Sequence record: LR745208.1
Strand: one strand, 5' to 3'
DNA length: 64,000 nt
Below the pieces are notes generated by a model that was not told the origin of the DNA, made no database searches, and was given only the letters and a program-made list of their open reading frames with translations. Position numbers and translations under genes: made by a program. Shown here in pieces: positions 9,962 through 19,789 of this stretch. Position 1 is the first letter of the stretch; each line of letters begins with the position of its first letter.

Positions 9962-11179
9962 CTACCGCCTCCGTGATGAAACGGTTGCGGGCTGCACACC
10001 AGCAGTAGTTACCGCAGCACCTGCCCAAGGCTGGGCTGGGGCCTGTTGGCTCTCTATGCCTATAGTGGGGGCCGTAAAGAACTGAGACCCCCCCCTGCCA
10101 CTACGATTCAAAGACCCACCGGACACCCCCCTGTAGAGTGAATCCGGCCGGGTCATAGGGGACACCACAGAAACCTGAGGAGCGAAATCAAACTCCTTGA
10201 TGGCCGTGAAGTCAACCGATATCTCCAACCCCCCATGCTGTTGAGACTCCTCCTCCCCAAATGAAAAGGTGTCCATGTGTCCAACATAAGTTTTTTGGTC
10301 ATACTCGATGGCCAAGTTCCCAATCATCGGGAAGGCCCTGGAGTTCTGGACCATGTCCTGCAAATAGGCCCCACTCTTGAAAAGCATCAGCAATGCCTGG
10401 AGTTGCTGGAAAGAAGCACTATCGTTCCTGGACGCCCTCTGGACCCCTGACACCGCCTGTTGAGTCAATGATGCGTGTCCGGCCACATAGGCCCCTATCT
10501 TGAACGTGAAGGTCAGCTTGGGGAGTTCCTCTCCCCAAGACTGGTAGATATACCCGTAGCGGTTGCGTTCCTGGAACTGTCCAATCTTCTTGTACTGTAC
10601 CTGCATTGAGGTAGGGTTGATCAGCAATAGCAACGGAGGGATCTCAGACATCCTCTTGAGCTGAAGGGCAAGGCTCAGGGCGGAAATGTCATTGGTCATC
10701 GCCGGGACAATAGCAGGTCTGTGGTTTGGGTCTCTGTTAGGGATGGCTCCCCGAACCGCTGGTCCGAACACCTGATTGAAGACTGCTTGGTTATATTGGG
10801 TTTCCAGTTGTGCCGTGGATGTGGTAGACAGACCCGGAAGGGATCCCCCCAACTGAGTCAGCTTCCTATACTCCACAGCCGCATCGGCCGAAACGGTCTG
10901 AGCCGGTTGCGAATAGTTGGTGAGACTCCTGTTGTCCTCCCGAACCGACCCAGGTGGAGGGTTCCTGTTGTGGGGTTGCGGTGCAGCAAGCAGGTTGGAC
11001 CCATTGTCTCCGAGAATAGAAGGGAGCAACACCCGTATGAGGAATGGGGACAGGCTCCTGAGTTGGGCATTGCTGCCATCTATAGGAATGCCATCCTGGA
11101 CCACATAGTCACGGGCCGTGTTGTTGGTATCCGGGATGCCCTTGAAGAAGCTGGCTGGCTGAACTGGGTTTCTTGGCAT
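9962..11179 (-). CDS. Tail tube initiator / baseplate inner-ring-like protein (paralogue 2)
   Basis: LLINPTSMQVQYKKI...GYIYQSWGEELPKLTF parallels the next gene; lies between TMP and hub as tube initiators of contractile systems do. Confidence 0.5.
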   Translation of the reverse strand: MPRNPVQPASFFKGIPDTNNTARDYVVQDGIPIDGSNAQLRSLSPFLIRVLLPSILGDNGSNLLAAPQPHNRNPPPGSVREDNRSLTNYSQPAQTVSADAAVEYRKLTQLGGSLPGLSTTSTAQLETQYNQAVFNQVFGPAVRGAIPNRDPNHRPAIVPAMTNDISALSLALQLKRMSEIPPLLLLINPTSMQVQYKKIGQFQERNRYGYIYQSWGEELPKLTFTFKIGAYVAGHASLTQQAVSGVQRASRNDSASFQQLQALLMLFKSGAYLQDMVQNSRAFPMIGNLAIEYDQKTYVGHMDTFSFGEEESQQHGGLEISVDFTAIKEFDFAPQVSVVSPMTRPDSLYRGVSGGSLNRSGRGGSQFFTAPTIGIESQQAPAQPWAGAAVTTAGVQPATVSSRRR

Positions 11180-11183
11180 TGGC

Positions 11184-11963
11184 TTACAATCCTGCCAAGT
11201 CTCGGGCTATGGCCTGCTGTTCTGCAACAGAAGGATCTGGGGAGGCAAATGGTTGTGGCGCACTGGGGGGGGCCACAGGTGCCGTAGGAGTCTGAGGAGT
11301 GGCCAGAGTTGTGTTGGGCACCACTGGCAGAATTGAGTTCGTGGACTTCATCAGGAAGCGTTCCTTTTCCACGATGAAGTTGGTTGTCAGGCTAAACTGA
11401 TAGGGCTTGTCAGCAGTCTCCTCAACCGAGAATCCGTCGAACCACCCCCACCATGCCCCACCATCATAGAGGATCCGAATGCAGCCCTGCATGGCTAGGT
11501 TCCCTTGGCTATCATAGATGGCCCCATTGTTGTGGAACAGGGCCAGCAGGTCCAGGAACTTGTCATAGGCGATGGTATCCCTACGGGTGCCATTGACCGA
11601 CCTAGCACGGGCACTGGCAGGCTGGATGAGATCGTTGGATGGGGTTGGTCCCGTGACGTTCGAGAGTCCACTGTAGAGGCGTACAAACCCCCCTGTGGCG
11701 ATATTGAAACTGATCTCCGTGGGGTTCTCCCCCCAGTGGAACTCCACGAACCCCCCGAGAGTCTGTGTCCTCTCGATGGTCTTGGCATAAGTGAATTGCA
11801 TGGAGGTGGGGTTCACATGCAGAACCATCTTAAGGTCCATTGGCAGAAGCGATGTTTCCCGGTCGGGCCCAAGGATGTCAAACACAACAGGACGCTTCCC
11901 TGACCCCGTAAACTCGTCCAGGGGGGATTGGAAGGCCGACTTGACTGTGTACTGGGATGGCAT
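11184..11963 (-). CDS. Tail tube initiator / baseplate inner-ring-like protein (paralogue 1)
   Basis: LHVNPTSMQFTYAKTI...GFVEFHWGENPTEISF and FDGFSVEETADKPYQFSLTTNFIV, a CIS-tube-like pattern; immediately after the TMP. Confidence 0.5.
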   Translation of the reverse strand: MPSQYTVKSAFQSPLDEFTGSGKRPVVFDILGPDRETSLLPMDLKMVLHVNPTSMQFTYAKTIERTQTLGGFVEFHWGENPTEISFNIATGGFVRLYSGLSNVTGPTPSNDLIQPASARARSVNGTRRDTIAYDKFLDLLALFHNNGAIYDSQGNLAMQGCIRILYDGGAWWGWFDGFSVEETADKPYQFSLTTNFIVEKERFLMKSTNSILPVVPNTTLATPQTPTAPVAPPSAPQPFASPDPSVAEQQAIARDLAGL

Positions 11964-11966
11964 TGG

Positions 11967-14900
11967 CTAGGCGTTAGACCCAACCCGGTTAGGCTGGATT
12001 CCAGATTGTTGGAGGACCCTTCGCACTACGTCATACACTCTACGCTCGTCCCCACCGTAGATATTGACGTGAACGTTGCCACCACCACCTGACCTAGCAA
12101 TTGGACCCCCAGGCTTCGAGCCAACCACTTGATCCTCTCTATCAATTGGAGTAATGATGGGTCTCCCGCCACCGTTCTGGTAGACGAAGTCATGGGCAGC
12201 AGGGGCCACTGAGGCACGGGCCGAATTCAGGGTACCGAGCATCCTAGTGATATTGGCATCACCCGCCACATTGGTCCCAGCCGCCGAGCCGGTCTGCATG
12301 ATCCTGTTAATAGTGTCCGGGTCAATATCTTGTCCCACAAGGGTGTCCCGCAACTGGAGCTCATAGTTGGCTTGCGCGTTTGCTCTCCCGAGATCCATAG
12401 GCAAACTACTATTGCCAAGGGCATCACCGACGGCATTTCCTGTGAACAATCTTGTCTGTGCTCGTGCCACCCGTTTTGTTTCTCTTAGTGCCCGCTCACC
12501 CTGGGCTTGGGCGGTATCCGTAATAGCTGTGGCATCTGCTGAGGGCCGATTTGAAGCCTCTGGAGTTGCCGAGGGGGCACCTCCCCCAGGCATTACATCA
12601 GCCACAGTTCTCCCAGACACCCCGGCCCCAGACATTAGGTTTCTGAGGTATTCCGTGGGAGAAGCAGTGGTTGTGCGAGTCGTAGGCCGCCCCGGGGTTC
12701 TTGCGGCATCCCCAACCCCAAACATGTTCTCCAATCTGGTAATTACCCCACCACCCCCCTCAAGCAATTCGGAATCCTGTTGCTGAGGAGCTACCGTTAC
12801 GGTCCGCTCAACCCCCGTCATATCCCCAGTAGACAATCTCCGTTGGGCATCTGTTAAGGTGTCTCTCCTTCTTCTGGACTCCTCATACCTGCCCCGAAGG
12901 CCAGTCAGCTCTCCCTGAAGCACCCTCTTCCTAGCTATCGTGGTATCTGCGGATGAAGCCTCCCGCTCACGCGTCTTTATCTGACCGGAGATATTGGAGG
13001 CAGCTTCCTGTTCATGCCCCAACTCTTCACGAATTCCCCCACGGATCTCTGTAGCTGCGGCTCTCCTTGCCTCCCCAGCCGGATCCAATTGCTTGCCGAG
13101 CCATTGGATCAAAGGCTCCCCAACATTTTCATACAGGGATCGCGTGTAGTATAGGAGCTTGTTCTCAACAACATCGGCGAGAGAGGTTGTAGCCTCCATC
13201 GTCTGAAAAGCCAGTTCCGTTTGCTCATCCCGGGTCTTTATCTCATCCGCCCCCGATTGCTGCATGTAGGACAGAAGAAGCCCATTGGAGTCGGAGATCA
13301 CCTGCCCTGTACTAGAGGACACCACCTCCCCGCTACTGTTAATCTCTGCCCCCAATTCACTTGCCATCCGGGAGTTTTCCTCAGCGGTTACATTCCCCCT
13401 GGCCTGAAGGGCTTGCAGTCGAGTGAATCCCCCCCTCATGTTGAAGGCAAGTGTAGACAAAGCATCGGACTGAGGACCGGATACACCAATGAATGCCTCA
13501 GCCCCCGCCCTCTCTGCACCAGACAACTCATCAAATCCTCTACCAAAATGCTCCTGAATAGTGGCCAAACGTAGTGCAATTGACCCCCTAGGACCAAGGG
13601 CCTGGAAGGCGTTTGTCTGTGCCCCAATCCCCCCCTGAGTGGCGCGAGCGAGCTTCACCATTTGTTCCATCTGTCTACCCAAGTTGGATAGTTGTGGGTT
13701 GGAACTGCTAGTAAGGGTATTCACCATGGCTGCTTGCTGACCATGTGACATCGAGTTCATCTGATGAATCAGGTTTTGAGATGCCTCCTCTGCTTGATCC
13801 GAGGATGCTGTGCCTGCCCGCTCTATTGCATCTACAAGGGGCCCACTTCCCAACGCCACAGTAAGGTCATTGATCATGGACCTCCCCCCAGTACCTCCGG
13901 AGGTGGCTGTTGTACCAAGGGATCTGGCTTGTGAAACTGCCTCCCTACCAATAACTCTCCTGGTTGCCCTACCTCCCACCAAAGCCGTCCGCATTCTCTC
14001 TTGGGTGTTCATCTGGCTTAGGTCACCCCCATACTGACCAACCATCTCGGTGGCTTTCTTGGCCCCCATGATCTTCGTCATCTTCATAAGAAGGTCGGCA
14101 GTATCCTCCAACCTAACATTCAGGGAAGACTGGCCAGCTGTTGCCTGGACAACCATCGAATAGAAGCGTCTGGTTCCAAAAGCACTCTGTGATGCCATCT
14201 TCGAGATGGTGGCAAAAGAGTTGTTGACCGTCTCCAGACTCATACCAAGGTCATTGACATAGTTGGTCAGATTATCAGCATACTCTGTGAGCCCCACACC
14301 TGTCGCATTTGCAACCCTATGGATATCTGCCAGTGTCGTGGACAACTCCCTCTGGGCTACCGCAGCATTGGTTGAGCCGCGGGTAAGTCTATCGAGTGTG
14401 ATACCCCCTTTGTCCAAGGCGTCAAAAAGAGCCATTGCCTCCTCTTGATTAACCCCGAAGTTAGTCATCAGGTCGGTAACAGTATGGTTCAAGATGCGAA
14501 GACCCTTGGACAGATCTCCAGACCCTAAACTGGCCAAGGTAAGAGCCCCAAAGGTCTTTACCGTCGACCTATTGAATTCCTTGATCTTCTTGTCGGTGTC
14601 AAACATCACCCCGGCAAAAACACCAAGCATCCCAATGATGGCCCCAAGCGGACCCAGGAGCATCTTGAATGCCCCACCGGCCTTATCCCCTATAGACCCC
14701 AGACCTTTCCCCAAAGCGGCCCCTAGACTCCGGGCAATTGCCCCTGAATCAATACTGCCTGTCAGCTTGGAACCGAAGTTATCAGCTACCCCGGTAATGG
14801 TCTCCGCGAACTCCTTCGATGTCTTCTCCAGGTACCAAGCCATGACCTTTGAGGACTTCTCAGCCTTCTTCATGCCATGGACTACATCCGTAAGTTCCTC

Positions 14901-15326
14901 AAATGCCTTATTGAGCCCCTTCTCAAGTGCCTCAGCGGATTCTGTAAACAAAGCCAACTGCTGTTGGGCCACCTTTTTCTGTGATGTGAGCTGGATCTTC
15001 TCCTTCACCTTTATGGTCTTATTGTTAAGCCTCTTCTCCAAGTCAGCCAGTTCTTCAGCCAGTTCTTCCTTTACCTCAGCCTCCCTTCCAAGGTCCCGAA
15101 GTTTCTTGACAGCTAACCGCTTCTCAATCTTCTCTTTTACCTCAGCCTCTTTCTTCGCAGATTTCTCCAGATCCCTAGCAAGGGTCTGAAGCCCCTTGCT
15201 ATTGACCCCCTGTTTAATGGCGGCTGCAAACAAGTCCTCCATCTTGGAGGACGCCTCTTGGGCGTTCTTGACAAGACCCTTGAAGTCTGCCTCAAACGAG
15301 ACCTTGTATTTCTGGTCATTGCCCAT
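11967..15326 (-). CDS. Tape measure protein (~1119 aa)
   Basis: Long helical Ala/Gly/Lys/Glu-rich protein with an N-terminal coiled coil, a hydrophobic GA-rich segment and a typical C-terminus (GGNVHVNIYGGDERRVYDVVRRVL); follows the chaperones. Start placed at ATG 15326 (MGNDQ). Confidence 0.8.
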   Translation of the reverse strand: MGNDQKYKVSFEADFKGLVKNAQEASSKMEDLFAAAIKQGVNSKGLQTLARDLEKSAKKEAEVKEKIEKRLAVKKLRDLGREAEVKEELAEELADLEKRLNNKTIKVKEKIQLTSQKKVAQQQLALFTESAEALEKGLNKAFEELTDVVHGMKKAEKSSKVMAWYLEKTSKEFAETITGVADNFGSKLTGSIDSGAIARSLGAALGKGLGSIGDKAGGAFKMLLGPLGAIIGMLGVFAGVMFDTDKKIKEFNRSTVKTFGALTLASLGSGDLSKGLRILNHTVTDLMTNFGVNQEEAMALFDALDKGGITLDRLTRGSTNAAVAQRELSTTLADIHRVANATGVGLTEYADNLTNYVNDLGMSLETVNNSFATISKMASQSAFGTRRFYSMVVQATAGQSSLNVRLEDTADLLMKMTKIMGAKKATEMVGQYGGDLSQMNTQERMRTALVGGRATRRVIGREAVSQARSLGTTATSGGTGGRSMINDLTVALGSGPLVDAIERAGTASSDQAEEASQNLIHQMNSMSHGQQAAMVNTLTSSSNPQLSNLGRQMEQMVKLARATQGGIGAQTNAFQALGPRGSIALRLATIQEHFGRGFDELSGAERAGAEAFIGVSGPQSDALSTLAFNMRGGFTRLQALQARGNVTAEENSRMASELGAEINSSGEVVSSSTGQVISDSNGLLLSYMQQSGADEIKTRDEQTELAFQTMEATTSLADVVENKLLYYTRSLYENVGEPLIQWLGKQLDPAGEARRAAATEIRGGIREELGHEQEAASNISGQIKTREREASSADTTIARKRVLQGELTGLRGRYEESRRRRDTLTDAQRRLSTGDMTGVERTVTVAPQQQDSELLEGGGGVITRLENMFGVGDAARTPGRPTTRTTTASPTEYLRNLMSGAGVSGRTVADVMPGGGAPSATPEASNRPSADATAITDTAQAQGERALRETKRVARAQTRLFTGNAVGDALGNSSLPMDLGRANAQANYELQLRDTLVGQDIDPDTINRIMQTGSAAGTNVAGDANITRMLGTLNSARASVAPAAHDFVYQNGGGRPIITPIDREDQVVGSKPGGPIARSGGGGNVHVNIYGGDERRVYDVVRRVLQQSGIQPNRVGSNA

Positions 15327-16497
15327 TGAGAATGGTCTTCCTAGTTGCAATCAGTTCTTGGAGGCTGGGTTTGGGGTCCTGGGATGTCCCTTGTGCCATG
15401 TCCGCCGACACAACCCTCCCGTCTGGGTCTACTTTCAGGTTCCCTGGAGTTACATCGTGTCTTAGGTAGCGATTGAAAGTCCGACTAACGGGATCCGCCT
15501 CAATGATGAACTTGGCCCCCGGCTTTGCACCCTTGAACTTTTGCTCCATTTGCTCCTGAGTGAGACCCACCAAGGCTGGCTTCCTGACTCCTAGCACATG
15601 TGCCTCTTGCAGCTTTCTAGCCTGAACCTTTCGTAGGGCCTCTTCCCGGGCCCCTTCCTGCTCTAATTGTTGCGTCCTAATCCTGTCTTTGTAGTCTGCG
15701 ATGATCTTATCGTGACTATCCATATCCCCAGTCACCCACCTACGCATCTCATCCGCCAACTCTTGGTCAGTTCTGGCCGAACGAACACCATTAGGCAACT
15801 TAGAGTTCCCAGCATCATCAAGCTCCCCTCGATATATAGCCCCAACCCGATCAATTACAGCCCGACGGCGACCCTTCTCGGTCTCAATACGAGACTTGTC
15901 TCGATTGTCCATCTTCTGATAGGACTTGTGAGATTGAAGAGACACCATCACCTTCGTGTTGGACCAAATGTACTCCTGTTCCTCCCGGGTATCCTCAAGC
16001 TGGTTCCAGGACATCCACGCCGACTGTAGGGAGTTCAACCCCAGCCTCTCCAGCCCAGGCACAGGAGATTTTCTCCATAGTGGCACAGCCCCTCTTCCAA
16101 CGGCCCCCCATAGGCGCCTGGATTCCTCCTCATAGAGGAAGGCCTCCAGAAAAAGGTTAGCCTTCCTGACCCGTCTGAACAACCACAAGACCGTCCCAAA
16201 CAGGTCTGAGATCAACGCTCGGTTGGATCGGGAAAGGGCTTCAAAAACTACCTTTGGGGCATATACCACGTCTTCTAACAGAAAAATGCCATCCGCCACC
16301 CAAAGGCTATGAGCAACAATCCAAAGCTTCCACGTAGGGTCATTCTCATTGACTGCTTGGTCCAGTAGGAACAAGTCCCCATGTGATAGGGACTTCAGCC
16401 CATACCTATGCCCCCCCACGTTAACAGTCGTGGATAGAAACCCCGGGGTGAGGAGCTGCCGCAAATCCACATACGGATCCTGGGTGGTGGTAGCCAC
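15316..16497 (-). CDS. Tail assembly chaperone-like protein (393 aa, GTG start)
   Basis: Directly upstream of the TMP; N-terminus (TVNVGGHRYGLKSLSHGDLFLL) resembles that of the neighbouring gene. Confidence 0.45.
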   Translation of the reverse strand: MATTTQDPYVDLRQLLTPGFLSTTVNVGGHRYGLKSLSHGDLFLLDQAVNENDPTWKLWIVAHSLWVADGIFLLEDVVYAPKVVFEALSRSNRALISDLFGTVLWLFRRVRKANLFLEAFLYEEESRRLWGAVGRGAVPLWRKSPVPGLERLGLNSLQSAWMSWNQLEDTREEQEYIWSNTKVMVSLQSHKSYQKMDNRDKSRIETEKGRRRAVIDRVGAIYRGELDDAGNSKLPNGVRSARTDQELADEMRRWVTGDMDSHDKIIADYKDRIRTQQLEQEGAREEALRKVQARKLQEAHVLGVRKPALVGLTQEQMEQKFKGAKPGAKFIIEADPVSRTFNRYLRHDVTPGNLKVDPDGRVVSADMAQGTSQDPKPSLQELIATRKTILNGQ

Positions 16498-16502
16498 GCA
16501 CC

Positions 16503-17612
16503 CTATCCCTTGTTTACTGGCGGCTTAAACCTGGGATTGAGGTTGCTCTTCACTACCTTGGGAAGCACCACAGAGGCAACAGGGGGTTCAGTGGATTCAA
16601 CCTGATGCTCCGTCTTTTGTACTTCCTGAAATGCCTCTCTGGCCGAAAAATGTGGTGGCTTTACAACTGTTCGGCTACGTAGCTCCATAAGCCTGTGATT
16701 TTCAGCTTCAATCACATTTGGATCTGATGTATCAACGAATGAAGATTCTAACGGATCCTGAGGGGCCTGAGCGGGAACCTGAGGGACCCGAACAGGGATT
16801 GGTGTCATGGGCTTCACCATATCAAAAAGGGGCTTCCTGACCGGTGGGACCACTTGCTTAGGATGCTCCTCCGGGAGCTCAACACTCTTCTTCACATCGG
16901 AGGGGACTGCAACAAAAGACCCCTCCTCAGTTACCATATCCCCCTGGCCAAATGGTTCCTTCGAAGGGGCTTCGGGAACAGCTCCGTCATCTGTCGGAAG
17001 AAGGTCCTCTTTGGTAGAAGCAAATGGCCTGTCCATGGCGGCTCTCTTTACAAGGCCAGAACGAAGATCATTCGACCCAAGGTCCTTCTGGGACTTCTGA
17101 ATCTTCAGATCCCCTATCTTTTCCTCCAATCTGGCAATTTCCGCATCATAGTCAACATCATCGAAGTGAATGGTGGTTTCAACCTCCTTCTCCACTTTAT
17201 CAACCAACTCACTGAACTTCTTGAACACCGAAGTGGTCATCCCCCGACTCCACGTCTGGATAATGCCCATAAGGGCCTCATGCTTGCGGACCTTGACCGC
17301 AGTCCCATTGGCCAACTTCTCCCCAGTCTCCACGTACTCCACCCCACGAAAATCCATGGTCCCAATCTGGGTGATTGCATGCCCAAGGGTGCAGTTACGA
17401 AGCCGGTCCAGGAAGTCTAGTGCCCCCGTCTGATCCGTCGTATCCCCCTCGGCAAAAGCTGCCCGGGCATACCTCTGAATGAATACCTCCTCCTCCGGAG
17501 TCAACGTCCTCAGCGTAACCGCCAACCCGTTAACATCAAAAGTGTCCTCCTGTTTCCCCACCAGGGAAAGAGGGGCCATTATGGTTTCAAGATCTTTTAG
17601 GGTGAGGGCCAT
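16503..17612 (-). CDS. Tail assembly chaperone-like protein (369 aa)
   Basis: TFDVNGLAVTLRTLTPEEEVFIQ N-terminal chaperone-like domain plus a disordered Pro-rich tail; between tube and TMP. Confidence 0.5.
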   Translation of the reverse strand: MALTLKDLETIMAPLSLVGKQEDTFDVNGLAVTLRTLTPEEEVFIQRYARAAFAEGDTTDQTGALDFLDRLRNCTLGHAITQIGTMDFRGVEYVETGEKLANGTAVKVRKHEALMGIIQTWSRGMTTSVFKKFSELVDKVEKEVETTIHFDDVDYDAEIARLEEKIGDLKIQKSQKDLGSNDLRSGLVKRAAMDRPFASTKEDLLPTDDGAVPEAPSKEPFGQGDMVTEEGSFVAVPSDVKKSVELPEEHPKQVVPPVRKPLFDMVKPMTPIPVRVPQVPAQAPQDPLESSFVDTSDPNVIEAENHRLMELRSRTVVKPPHFSAREAFQEVQKTEHQVESTEPPVASVVLPKVVKSNLNPRFKPPVNKG

Positions 17613-17625
17613 GTTTGGGGACTCC

Positions 17626-17633
17626 GATAGGGG
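17626..17633 (-). promoter_or_regulatory. Recurrent upstream motif CCCCTATC (candidate late promoter)
   Basis: 13 nt before ATG 17612. CCCCTATCGGAGTCCCCAAACATG matches the 41522-41545 upstream region at 20/24 nt. Confidence 0.45.
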
Positions 17634-17681
17634 CGTGTGATGTGGTACCCCTCACCATACCAACCAAATAGGAGCTACCAC

Positions 17682-18863
17682 CTACCCTAGAAATCCCTGC
17701 ACCCATCCCTGATCGAGAAGTCCCTTGACATCCTCAGGTTGTACGCGGCGATTCTTGGTCCCATTGTTGATCCACACAAGCCCCTTTTGCTGAGAGGGGA
17801 TACCCGTGGAGTGGTGGGTCTTACCCCGTTCCCATCCCTGCTTGGTTAGTTCCTCAACCTCATTGGGCCAGACCTTCCGGCTTGTATAGCCATCATTAAT
17901 CCAGAGCAGTCCTTTTTGCAGGGTCTGCCCATTACCTGCTAGCCATCCCTGGGCAATGAGTTCCTCGGCCTCCTGGGGCCATACTAGACGGCTCTCCCCA
18001 GTAGTGGTGTGAACCCACACCTGCCCACTTTTCTGGTCCCCCAACTCCCACCCCTGCTTGAGGAGTTCCTCAGCTTCATCGGGCCACACCTTTCGACTGG
18101 TAAGGCCCTTGCGAATTCCTATCCGCCCTTTTTGCTTATCTGGGATAGCCTTAAAATTGATTTTGCCCAACACCCATCCCTGGCCGATTAGTTCCTCTGC
18201 CTCCTTGGGCCACAACCGGCGATTTGTGGTGGAGTTATGAACCCATATCCTCCCCTTTTGCTGGGTGGAAATAAGGGTGCGGGTATCTTGGTCGTGGGCT
18301 TGTGGGTGAGCTACGCAACGAACCTTGGCGGACTCTGACATCTGCTTGATGGTCTCGGGGGGGTGCCTTAATCCTAGAGTGGTTTTCACCATTTTGGCAA
18401 TGGGCTTTGGCCTCTTTGGACCCCGTTTGGCGGCAAGCGCGAGGTGTGCTTGTGGACGAATCCTATCCAGGATCTCCCTCTGTTTTGCAGCCAATCCTGG
18501 TTTGGTCCTATAGGTAAGTCTGGACTTCTGACGAGATTCCTCAGACCATTCCCCGCCACCACCATCTGAGGTACTACTCAAATTCACGCAACCCGGCTTC
18601 CGGAAATGCTCATCAAGCCACTTCTGTTCTACTGCCTCCAGGTCCATTCCTTCCTCCCATGGGATGGCGATCTCAGGCTCGAATCGACCATGGATATTGA
18701 ACACAGCCTGCATGCGCTTGTTAACGTGTCTGTTTGCACGAAGATCCCACAGATGTTCCTTCCACCGACGTTTACAGTGGACGGAGCGGCCCCCGTAATA
18801 ATGGACATCAGAGAGACGGATGACGTAAAGACCACTATTGGTAGTGGTAGGGTGAGTTAGCAT
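17682..18863 (-). CDS. Free-standing GIY-YIG homing endonuclease with NUMOD3-like segment and five C-terminal W..G..(N/S)R..WP.E.EEL..QGW..G repeats
   Basis: SGLYVIRLSDVHYYGGRSVHCKRRWKEH GIY-YIG-type catalytic motif; HPPETIKQMSESAK; five tandem repeats. Confidence 0.85.
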   Translation of the reverse strand: MLTHPTTTNSGLYVIRLSDVHYYGGRSVHCKRRWKEHLWDLRANRHVNKRMQAVFNIHGRFEPEIAIPWEEGMDLEAVEQKWLDEHFRKPGCVNLSSTSDGGGGEWSEESRQKSRLTYRTKPGLAAKQREILDRIRPQAHLALAAKRGPKRPKPIAKMVKTTLGLRHPPETIKQMSESAKVRCVAHPQAHDQDTRTLISTQQKGRIWVHNSTTNRRLWPKEAEELIGQGWVLGKINFKAIPDKQKGRIGIRKGLTSRKVWPDEAEELLKQGWELGDQKSGQVWVHTTTGESRLVWPQEAEELIAQGWLAGNGQTLQKGLLWINDGYTSRKVWPNEVEELTKQGWERGKTHHSTGIPSQQKGLVWINNGTKNRRVQPEDVKGLLDQGWVQGFLG

Positions 18864-18892
18864 TTCGACCTGTTTGTTAGGTGGGATTGTTA

Positions 18893-18927
18893 GGGCCAGT
18901 GAGGCGTTCGTTGCGCTTCACTGGCCC
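18893..18927. terminator. GC-rich hairpin after the tail tube gene
   Basis: GGGCCAGTGA (18893-18902) and TCACTGGCCC (18918-18927) form a perfect 10-bp stem 15 nt past the tube stop; no clear U-tract on the minus strand. Confidence 0.55.
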
Positions 18928-18942
18928 GTCTTATTTCAGAGA

Positions 18943-19740
18943 CTAGATTGCGCCACCAGCTGTTCCGACTGTACTGGTACCATACCGGATTGAGCCCAGT
19001 TGGCCCACGGTGGGATCCCCACCGCTCAAAAGTTGCTCCCCGTAGGTCGAAGCAAAATCGTGCACATCGCTCACGGTGACGTCCCCGGACTCCATAATCT
19101 GACCCTGGTCTTGCGAGTAGGTGGCCGACCAGCTCGTAAACCAGCATGCCTCATACATCGTGATGATTGCGGAGTGGCCAGGAGAGGCAGCATACCCTGT
19201 AGCCCCTGTAGCTGAGGCAGACACCCCAGGGGACACATTGGGATATCGCACTGGCTGGACGCCCTGTGCAAACCCGCTCGTGGGCATGTGGGTACCAAGG
19301 TTAGCCGCACCAAGGTCATTGTCCGCAAGGGACGAGAAGACCAGCTGGTGCTCAATGTCAAATGGCCAACGGTGATGGGCCAGTGACCTGACCGGGCCGT
19401 CAACGCCAGCCGCATAGCCCACTGCCTGCCAAAGATTCGACAAATACAGAAGAGCCCGTTCCAATGATCCAGTGACAGGTTCTGTAACTGATGGAACTAA
19501 TTCAGCAATTACGTCACCCATGCCGATTCCTCGAACGGCATCGACATTTCGGCTCTGGCTTGGAGAGAAGGAACTGACCACGCCCATTTGATACAGGCTG
19601 GTTGTTCCCGACCCGAATACAGGGGCAAGAAGACGGACCTTCTGGCTCACTGCCACGCGGGTATTGGGAGAAGTCCCGTAGTCATACAGGTAACTTGAGC
19701 CCTGTGCCCCGTGTGAATGATTGGTGTCCTGATTTGGCAT
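18943..19740 (-). CDS. Tail tube protein (265 aa)
   Basis: GVVSSFSPSQSRNVDAVRGIGMGDVIAELVP and ITMYEACWFTSWSATYSQDQGQIMESGDVTV follow the tube-fold pattern of Herelleviridae-like myoviruses; downstream of the sheath. Confidence 0.75.
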   Translation of the reverse strand: MPNQDTNHSHGAQGSSYLYDYGTSPNTRVAVSQKVRLLAPVFGSGTTSLYQMGVVSSFSPSQSRNVDAVRGIGMGDVIAELVPSVTEPVTGSLERALLYLSNLWQAVGYAAGVDGPVRSLAHHRWPFDIEHQLVFSSLADNDLGAANLGTHMPTSGFAQGVQPVRYPNVSPGVSASATGATGYAASPGHSAIITMYEACWFTSWSATYSQDQGQIMESGDVTVSDVHDFASTYGEQLLSGGDPTVGQLGSIRYGTSTVGTAGGAI

Positions 19741-19789
19741 CTTGTGTCTTCCTTACCTAATCGCGTGTGATAGGGGAAACATTGAGCAT

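Noticed and set aside
16480-16520. Programmed frameshift (lambda G/GT type) between the two chaperone-like genes
   Set aside because: No slippery heptamer near the first stop; the second gene has its own start 5 nt downstream.
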